Shown: piece by piece, positions 41,654 through 51,242 of the stretch | How positions within the stretch are numbered: position 1 is the first letter of the stretch | How the letters are laid out: each line of letters starts with the position of its first letter | Source of the DNA: Ministeria vibrans ATCC 50519 | Taxonomy: Eukaryota > Protista > Filasterea | Reading direction: 5' to 3' | Assembly: GCA_943704425.1 (NCBI GenBank) | Contig: CALSCP010000556.1 | Span: forward strand, 32,145-96,144 | Length of the DNA: 64,000 nt | Position numbers and translations under genes: made by a program | The notes under the pieces: model-generated | What the model was told of the DNA's origin: nothing | Seen by the model: the letters and a program-made list of their open reading frames with translations, nothing else | Databases searched by the model: none

Positions 41654-42624
41654 TGAGTGTCGACGGGAACATTGTCATGGCACCGTCTAGCAATGGTTCG
41701 GTTACGGTCCACGGCGATATCTACGCGGATGGCGCGCTGTACGCCGACAGACAGAGCGAGAGTGGCGACGGAAGCGGAGGTGGACCGACGAATCAGCGAC
41801 GAGTGCAATTGTGCCGCGGGGAAGCTGGTCGTGGGCGACCTCACTATCCATTCTCAAGCAGCGCTCGATGCGATGAAGGGGTTTCAAAATGTTGTGGTTG
41901 CGGGTCATCTTAACATCATGGACAACACAGCGCTGACTAACCTCACCGGCCTCGACACTGTCACGTCCGTCGGCGGATTCCTCTTCGTTGGCAACGACGC
42001 AGCGCTGACCAACCTCAACGGCCTCGGCAGCCTCATGTTCATCGGCGCATACCTCAAGGTCGAAGACAACGCCGCGATGACCACCCTCAATGGCCTTGGC
42101 AACCTCACGTCGGTCGGCACATACATCTCCATCACCAACAACGCCGTGTTGACCGACTTCACCGGCCTCGACAGACTCACGTCCGTCGGCACATACATCT
42201 CCATCCAGAGCAACGCCGCACTGACCAACCTCACCGNNNNNNNNACGCCGCACTGACCAACCTCACCGGCCTCGACAGCCTCACGTCTATCGGCGAACAC
42301 TTCTCCATCATCAGCAACCCCGCACTGACCAACCTCAACGCCCTCGACAGCGTCACGTCCATCGGCGGATCCGTCACCATCTCCAACAACGCCGCACTGA
42401 CCGACCTCAGCGGCCTCGGCAGCGTCACGTCCATCGGCGGATCCGTCACCATCTCCAACAACGGCGCACTGACCGACCTCAGCGGCCTCGACAGTGTCAC
42501 GTCCATCGGCTCATACCTCCGCCTTGACCAGCCGCAGGCTCACATCTGCGTGTCCACTCTGAACCGCCTCAAGGGACTGGCCTCCTCCTTACAGACAATC
42601 AATGTCATTGAAGACTCGTGTTAG
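41654..42624 (+). CDS. Receptor L-domain / LRR repeat protein (25-aa units); start uncertain, apparent frameshift near 41750 and an N gap
   Basis: GDLTIHSQAALDAM..VAGHLNI followed by ~8 units of NNAALT(N/D)LxGLxx(L/V)TS(V/I)GGxLxI; stop TAG 42622-42624. Confidence 0.75.
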
Positions 42625-42919
42625 TTTAGAAGGAGTGAATTGAAAAGAGTAAACATTTTAGTAGTGAAGATCTGGTATCACCGCGTTTTTCTCACCAATA
42701 TCATCTGGGGCCTGGCCATTGGGCAATGTTATACGGGTCCCTATGCTTTGTATAATGACGCCCTCAAAATTAATAATAATTAGAAGAAGAATACAACCCA
42801 TTTATTCATGATACAGTCACCAGATCTACAACATAAGCACAAGTGCAATCGCTAATTAGAACTATTTCCAAATAAAATGTATCAAATCTCAAATCTATCA
42901 ATATTATAAAACTTTTTCA

Positions 42920-43733
42920 ATGCTGCGCCTCACCAGCACTCGCAGCGTTTCTCGCCCCCTGATCGACCTGTGCAGGGTTCCATCGACTCACCGTGCAAAC
43001 CACAGTCGTAAGCGTGCCGTGTGGATCTCTCAGTGTCTCACTTTGCGTTTTGTGACTAGCAGACTCTTCCACACACGAACATTTGGACCAGGACGTCTCC
43101 GACGACGACTCTGCCCTCCCCAACGTTCGTCTGACGACTCGCGATTGTGCTCATGCGCACGAAATTGTCGAAGAGCTTGGTGTAGTGGTTGGGACGAGTG
43201 CGCGCAGTCGCAGCATATTCCACGACATTTGGGGGCGACTCAAGGGCGTCTGGGGCGGCGAACTCCTCATGTACAGGGATCTCTTTCAGGTACACAGGCA
43301 CTGCAATGACTACGGCATGGAGGTGGCTCTCCAGAACACACATATATATACCACACACACACACACACACACACATATGTACATACACACACATATATGT
43401 ACGTATACATACAGACACACTCACACTCACTCACTCACAGATACTCACTCACTCACAGACACTCACATACTCACGCACTTACACACTCACACACAGGCGA
43501 CAACGGCAGAAGCGACAAAGAACGCAATGGAAGACGCACACCGTCTCGGTGCAACCGATATTGTGCGTGTCCGCTACGAAGTAACTACCTTCTTCTTTCA
43601 TCACATAAAGGCACACACTCAATTCCTCTCTTCCTTCCACTCCCAGGTCTCGTCGAATGAGGAAAAGATCATTGGAGTGTCGTGTTTTGTACTTTGTGTT
43701 GGTACTGCAGTCCGCACAACCCCAAAAAAGTAA
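42920..43733 (+). CDS. YbjQ/UPF0145-family protein with N-terminal extension, 4 exons
   Basis: EIVEELGVVVGTSARSRSIFHDIWGRLKGVWGGEL..Y, AMEDAHRLGATDIVRVRYE, VLCVGTAVR. Confidence 0.88.
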
Positions 43734-43908
43734 CTAAAACCAATACAATCATTTCTAAAATATGTAACTGTACACACTATCAATGAATCTAAACTTTCAC
43801 TTTTCTCGCTGCACTCTACAAAACACGCACAAAATTCACTCTCTTGTCTCTCCATTCATCTTCACAAGTTGTGTGGCGTTGCACGATCCCGGTTCCCCAC
43901 AAAATTCT

Positions 43909-46900
43909 CTACTTCTTCGATTCGTCTTCATCCTCATCAGTTGTCCTCGACTTCTTCTTCTTCGCCGCACTCTCTTCGCTAGCGTTGGTTTCGGCTTGTC
44001 GCTTATTCCTCTTTTCATTGTGCAGCTCACTCCTTGCGCGATTCATCTCCGGAGATGGCTCGTCACTCACGACCACAGTGTCTGCGGACAGAACAGACTG
44101 CTTGCTCAGCCGAGACACATTCTCTGCATGTCCCTCAGAGATCGTCGTGCGCGACAGATCCCACAATTCCTTTGCCACGGGGTAGAGCGCTTCTTTGGTG
44201 GCAGAAGCAGGAGTCCCCCTTTTCATTAGCAGTCGGACACTTTGGTGCATGTGCGCGCCGGGAAAATCCCCGTACTCAGGCTTGCCGTTCCAGTCCTTCG
44301 GGTTAGGCACACGCTTCTTCTCCTTCATAAACTTCGTCAACAGTTGAAGTGTGACACTCCACGATGTCTTCTCCTTGCTGCCCGTTCGCTCACGACTCGA
44401 TTGCCCCGTCAGAGATGCGCTGCCAACGGGCTGTGCTTCCACGCCGCATCCAATTCCATCGCGAGCAACCGGAGCAGACGCGCGTCGCACATCCATGTCC
44501 TTGCTCGCAAGCTCGCCTGGAACAGTAGCGTCCAACTGCATCGACAAATGACGAACCGGTTGCCCAACCGAAGGGAGCCCCACGCGCGTTTCCTTCCCAA
44601 TCTCAGTTTCTCCACCCGCGCCGGATTCTTCGCCCTCATCAGCGCTCGCACTGCGCGATCGCTTTCGGCTGTTTGCGTCCATGTCAACAGTCTCCTCTCG
44701 CGAGACGCTACCACTTGCACTGCGACCTCGGCAACCTTGCGACACCAGAAGAAACCCCGCTCTGTCGTGGTTCTTGAGGCACCACAGGTCCACTTGCACA
44801 TCTTGCCGCGACGTGTTGAAACAATTCTGTCCGAGCATAAAGTTGGTTAAAATTAGTGTGCAGCGCTCACCAGTTTGCACAGGGAGAAGAAGTCCCTGTT
44901 GCATCAATTTCCGATGATCCGTTTTTTCAGGGGAGATCATGGTCAGCACGGATTTCTGAGAAAACGCTGCGTCGATATTGATGCCCCTGTGCTTCGGGCA
45001 CACCTCCACATGCTCTTTCCACAGCTCCATCTCGGCCTCGTCCAATGTCAGACTTTCCAGCTCCATGTCCTCCTTGCCCATTGACTCCACACGCATCTTC
45101 TCCCCCTCACGCTGTGCACGGTCAAGCGGCACTTTCACACAGTCGCAGCATCTTTCCTTGTAATAGTGCTCCGCTTGCACGCGTGTGTGTGTCTTGAACT
45201 GCTCAAACATGTTGTAGCGCACGACCCGAAGACCAGCGCTCACCAAGTCGGATGCAAAATAGAAATCCTCGGCCACCGGCACAGGCTCAAACCACACCCC
45301 CTTGCGACACGACTCCTTCACATTCACCAGCAACGTACACTGTACCGGCGCTGCGTCAAACGGCGTGCGGGAATACTGAATGGGTCGAAACCGCTGCACA
45401 CCAAGCAGACCAAACTCGGAGAATTCACCACTGAACTGGGTCACGCTGGTGAGACCGCTTAGACTCGTCGAGCCAGGCATATCCAATCGCCATCGTTTGT
45501 CGGCTGCCCACTGAACATCATCAGAGACCTGTCGCTCCAGCTGCAACAACACGCGACCGGCTGAGACACATCGGAGTTCAGACTTGCCCCCGCTGTCTTC
45601 TTCGGATGGCGTATCATCAGTCGAGTGTCGATCGTAGTAACGCAAAATGTTATCGTCCATCATGACCACGGTGTCCATTCCAACGCTGTGAGCCAATCGC
45701 TGCACAAAAAGTCGCGCAAATCCCGCCTTCCCATTATCGCACGTCACTACCTCGCCTTTGAACGCTCCACCAGGCGCACGCATACTGTCGGGCAGCTGAA
45801 CAATGGCAAGCCTTGCTCCCCAAACGAGACGAAACTCCTCAAAATGCTCCTTGCGACAGACCACCACTTGGCGCACCGCTACACCGACACGCTTCCCGTC
45901 CACATTCAATCGCAAGGCGTCTTCCATGTCCAGGCGCGCCTTGATGGGCCGGATCGACGGCACAAAGATCCACGAACGCAGCCATAATTGGCCGTTGTTG
46001 CTGCGGCACCACCGTTCATAGACATGCTGTAAGGTGGCATAGGCCGTCGACTGGTCAATGGACTCAAGCCAATCTCGTGGAAGAGACAAATGAAGTGCTA
46101 CTTGCTCCCCACCACAGCAATCAAGAGGTGGTAACTGACCGGACAGTATCACGGAGAAATCGGCAACCCCAACCGTGTTGGAGCTCAATGTGGCAACCTT
46201 TAGGTCAAACTCCGAGCGACTGCACGATGCCCCGTTGGCAGTCAATGGTTGAAACAAGGAGGGGTGGAGTGGCGGTGGTTCTGCAACATGCCAGTCCTTG
46301 ATGGGCTCGTTGGCAAGCATTTGCACGATTCGTTTTTGATCTTCCCTTCTCGCAGCAGTACCTTCAATACGAATTTCGCCGTATTTGCGCGCGTACATGC
46401 CATTCCTGAGGGGCCCTCTAAACTTCTCAGTGCACAGTGGAATGTTGACCTCGCGCTGCTCGGGATGCTGCCACTCTTGCTCCACATCCTTGTGTCGGTC
46501 AACAGTCACAGGCAGCGGCTCGACGTCCGGCGATGGTTCCACTGCACGCTTTATCTTGTACAACAGCGCGAGGTACGTCCCAGTCTTGCCAATTTGCGGC
46601 GCTGCAGTCAGCACCCACCGATTCGTCGAAAAGTTGCCCACAGTGTTGTCAAAATCGTAGCTCTTCTTCTGCTGCTCCGCCTTCGGAGTAAAGTCCAGCC
46701 ACTTTTTCGAGTCTTGGCCACACTGCGGCGGTCGATTGCTCATCTTCCTGAGGTACTCGTCGGGACGACCCGACAGAATATCTTCCAGCGACACCTGTCC
46801 CATCTTGAAGCCTTTCTCAATGGTCTTGCGGAACCCACGACTGATCAACGCGTACGGCAACTCGGGTAGCTGTGTTGAAGAGAGACTCGCGTAGCGACAC

Positions 46901-49900
46901 AGTCGGCCAAGCTCCTGCGTGACAGTCGAGAGAGAAAATTGGCTAATCGTCTCCTTCTGCAAGCGCAAGTCCATGCAAAATAGCGAATGAGGGAACGTAT
47001 CACCCATGCGCCCCTTCTGGTTGAGCACGAGAAGGCACGGCAGGTCACGAAGATCCTCGTAAAGACGAGGAATGCAATTTGTGTTCGTGTCGGTGGTGGA
47101 AGGTGTCGTTGGTGTCGTTGGTGCCGTTGGTGTTGTTGGTGTGATTAAAGTGTGGTGCACTGGCATCGATTGCTGAGCGTTGGACGACGCATTGAAAAGG
47201 TTAATCTGCTTGTGCCAGTTGCTGAATGTGGTGCACAGCGACATCGTGCCAAAGTCGGCCAAAGGGAGAATCTTGAGGTTCCGCGTGGTGAGAGCGCGAC
47301 GTACAGCGTTGTAAAACTTGATATCGTCGCCTTGGCTGCCGTTGATCCGCACAAGTGCCATCTTGCCGTCACCTTGTGTTTTACTCGACTGCGCCAAAGT
47401 GGCAACGATGGTCTCCGTCTCGAGCTGGGACTTTTCCGTCGCAGCCTTACGGATGTCTTCGGGGAGCAATGCGAGGAGCATGGTGACAAGGTTCTCTTCC
47501 TTGGCCGACACTTTGCCGGTGTGGTGTAAGTAGCGCTTGGCTCGCAACACATGCGAAAAAAAGCGCACCACCAGAATGGAGAACTTGCTTGCGTTTTGCA
47601 CATCCTTTGTGTCTGCTTTGTTGTGAAACTCAAACGTTTGAGTCGCAGTCTTGTCGAGCATGTATTCTGTAACATCTCCGTCGCACAAGGCAATTCTGTG
47701 GTTGTTTTTTCGGTGCACGTACGCTGCATTGAGGCCGCTTTGAGTTGTGTCGAAGAGGCGACCAACACTCGGGAGCCGGAAGAAGTCGGAGACTGAATAC
47801 GATGGTGCTGACGGCTGAGATTGGAAATGTCGCGCGTACAGAATCGCCGCCATGCTGGACACAATGTCGCGGAATTGCTCCAAAACAACATGGCGCATCG
47901 CGTCAATGTGGTTCTCCAACCCCAGCTGATCGGCCAAGTTGTCAGGGAAGACGCTCATGGTGCGAGTGTGCAGCTCGTCGCCGTCGCAGGAAAAGTCGTC
48001 GTGGAGCAATATGGCCGCGCAGTAGTCGTACAAGAGAAAGTCGTACTTTGACGCCGATATCTTGCTCGGTGGACCGCTTACAAAGTTGTAGAGGTAGTCG
48101 TCCTCGCGCAGACGAGCGTCCTGCTCGTTGATGTAGTGCATGGACGCAATGTAATGGTTGACCGAAACGTACTGCGGCTGCGAGGATTCAAGCTGCAGAA
48201 GGAACTGCGAGTTGTGTTCGCAGGAAGCTGCCGCATTACTGGGACCCGCGCAGCAGGCGCTGTCGTCAGACGGTGGCCGAAGACGCTTTTGTCCACCATT
48301 GTCACTGTCACCATCAAGCTCGAAGCTGACAAAGCCAAATCCGCGCGGGAAGGTCATGGCAAACGAGCGCGCCATTTCTCGATCAGGGTTCAGCAAACCC
48401 GTTTCGTCGCACACGTACAGCGTAGAGGTGTTGTTGACGATGAGCTTCAACAACACAGGATCGGGAAGGGACTCGGAACGCTTCGACCGCGTGTCTTTCT
48501 CCACGTGAAATCGGTTGTGTGCTCCGCCACGCACGAGCTGGGTCAAGTTTCTACGAAACGCACTCTGTTTTTTGAGCAAAAGGGTGAACGGCATAACCAT
48601 GTTGTCTTACGAATCGCTTGCGCCAAGGAACACGTCGCCATCGGTGTACTTGTCGACAAGGCGGAGGTGAAAAGGCGTTGACGTCTTGATGAGGTGCTGC
48701 TTCTGAGCCTCGGTCCAGTCAATGACGTGAAAGTCGGGCACGCGACTCTTTTGCGAGAGGACGTTGTAGGGTGTGGCCGACACGAGCAGCATTTTCACAT
48801 TGTCCTTGTTGACAAGCTGATTGTCGTTGAGAATAGCCTGGTGGGCACCCGTCGACGTGATTGCATAGTGGCACTGGAGATACAGCAAGAATCACAAAAA
48901 TAATAATAATGAGACAAAATCCCAAGGATGAGTTGCATGCATTCTCTCACCTCGTCTGCGACGATGACAACAAGGTTTCGCTCGTTTTTTGCGCTTTGGC
49001 GGAGCTGCTCGTGCTTTTGGCGAAACTTGCAGCTGTCGACGTACATAAACACCAGCTTTTCCGCGCTGTCGCCGTCGCCAATGAGGTCGAGCATGTCGTC
49101 CTCAAGGCGCGCCTGTGTCTGGTCACGCAGCTGATTGAATGCGGGTGTGAGAATGACAAACTCAAAGGTGTCAAAGCGCTCCAGTGAGTTTGACTTGAAC
49201 AGGTTGTCGAAGATGATGTCGGCAAGGGAGCGTTGCGTTTCATAAAAGGGGAGGCGAGGAGGAGGGGGTGGTGGTGCGCAGAGAGAGACGCTGCCGTCCT
49301 TGAACATGGGCGGAACGGTTCTCAGCAGATCTTCGTTGACCTTTTCGGCAGTCTCGTGGATGGCCTGCTCGTCTTCCTCGAGCACCGTCACACAATGCAA
49401 CGAGAGGATCAGCGCAAGGACGCTGCACTCGTTGCCGTTGTCGTCGTCTGCGACCTTGTCGTCGACCACTTGGTCCTCATTCTTTTTGACAAACTCCACG
49501 AGGCGGCGGTATGGCCTTGTGTGAAGCAGCGTCGAAGGCGAGGCAGAGAAGCTGGAGCTAGAGCGGATTTGTTTGATGACTCGCTCCTGCAGCGACGCAC
49601 GGAATTGCTGAGCGATTTCAGCAACATTGGAATCGACACACGCGAGTGGCGCGCTGGTGGAAGAAGAAGTGGGATCACCTGGCGGAGCAAGCACAGTCAT
49701 GTGGAGTGCTGGGGTGTCAGCGTGGCGCGCGTCTGCGGATGAAAGAGCAAATTCCCGCTCGCACAAAATCGCAATGTTGAGCTCGAGCTGCTCAAGATCG
49801 ACGCTCGCCGCGACAGAGAATCCCGGTGCCGACGATAGGTCGTAATCGTATATGTGTTCTGGAATGGTCGCATCGGGATCGATTTGCACCAAAAATTTGG

Positions 49901-50120
49901 CATCTGAAAAAACATATGAAAATGAAATGAATGAATAATGAAATATAATAATTATAATAATTACAATGATTATGATCGAGTCAATATCATTTGAAACTTG
50001 GCTCGAAACTTCGCTCACCTTTCACTTTCAAGGCTTCATCCTTAGCAACCCCGCCTTGCCGCTGCTGCTGCTCGACCTTGTGGTCCAGAGGAACCGATTG
50101 AGCGTGGCTTGAGCCGCTCA
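43909..50120 (-). CDS. GREB1L: GREB1-like protein: circularly permuted SF2 helicase/ATPase + TAGT-type glycosyltransferase; 5' end uncertain
   Basis: In order: IVADE|CHYA (intron 48874-48950), LLVSATPY, KGRMGDTFP, QELGRLCRY, then TAAPQIGKTGTYL (Walker A after motif VI). C-terminal WIFVPS..ARL, VVVCRKEHFEEF..W, AGFARLF, VMMDDN, LLVNV, AEDFYF. Confidence 0.8.
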
Positions 50121-50695
50121 CTACACAACAAATGAAATCAAAATGAAATCAAAATTAATATCATTATAAAAAACCTTAAAACCCCGAAAGCCCACTAAGT
50201 AAACCCACCTCACACCCATATTGCACACCTGCCATTCAGCACCGCATTACCCTGCGGCCAACGGCAGATCCCAAACCGGTTGTTGAAAAATTGCGAAGTT
50301 GATAAAAAAAAGTTGATCAGAAGTTGATCATTCACGAAAACACAGATTACACGCACACCAGCCCCCGCCGGGCCCCCAAACGTGAACACACACAACCCTG
50401 GACAGCATTGTGTATGGAATCCGCAAATTCGCCCGCTAGATAAGACTCGCGGGTTTTTTTGGTTCTCTCACAAACTTTTTTCAAAACTCCCACGGACGAT
50501 AAACGGACGATACAGTGACGCACACGCATCGCCGACTCTCGCAAACAGACACATATAACCCATGGGTGCCAATGTTGCTTACTTTGAGTGTTGAGAAGCG
50601 GACGGTTTTGTCAGGGAGGCGAGAAAGAGTAATTATTATTATTATTAGTATTATATCTGAATTGGAAGTAACTGAGTGAGTGAGATTGGCATTTC

Positions 50696-50940
50696 GAAGC
50701 GACAAAGAGAAGCAATGAAAGACGCGCATGGCGCACCGCCTCGTGATTCTTCTCTAGCTGAGCAGTGAGCACCAGTAAGCACTCTTCCTTTTACACCCCG
50801 AGGTATCTCAGTATGAGAAAAAGATCATCGGCGTAACGAACACAATACAATCAATTCACTGAATGTAAAGCAAGTTCTTCTTCTTCGTCTTCCTCTTCAC
50901 GAAGAGCCGAACAAGAGGAGACGCACTAAAAAGTGACAAT
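50696..50940 (+). pseudogene. Composite duplication scar: decayed YbjQ 3' exon pieces joined to a copy of the TEX30 3' end
   Basis: 50696-50743 resembles 43509-43548; 50801-50834 resembles 43645-43678; 50901-50937 equals 60490-60526 (GAAGAGCCGAACAAGAGGAGACGCACTAAAAAGTGAC). Confidence 0.8.
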
Positions 50941-51242
50941 TTATCTCAAATACACGCACTATTTATGAAAATTGCTAATAGTACGTATTCGATTAGGTGT
51001 TTTAGTATAATGTTGTTGTGTCAGCAGAACAATACTACTGCAATACTAAATATATTGGTCAATTGGTGTGATAAGTAATAAGTGATTACTGTCAACAGTT
51101 AAAGTTTGAGGTTTGATAAGAGCTCCTTCTTTCAGAGTGTGTGATCTGTAAAATTGAAAAGATAAATTTCAGATCACTTTAATTCATTCATCATATCACT
51201 ATAAATACATCAACGCCTTACGCACAGCGACACAGCGCACTG

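Noticed and set aside
48551-48610. In-frame TAA between GREB1-like ORFs suggesting stop-codon reassignment
   Set aside because: Explained by a ~60-nt phase-2 GTAAG...CGTAG intron. Other genes end normally in TAA, TAG and TGA.
50121-50730. Short ORFs upstream of the GREB1-like gene; possible ATG split across an intron (A|TG)
   Set aside because: No protein similarity, and the first exon cannot be fixed without transcripts.
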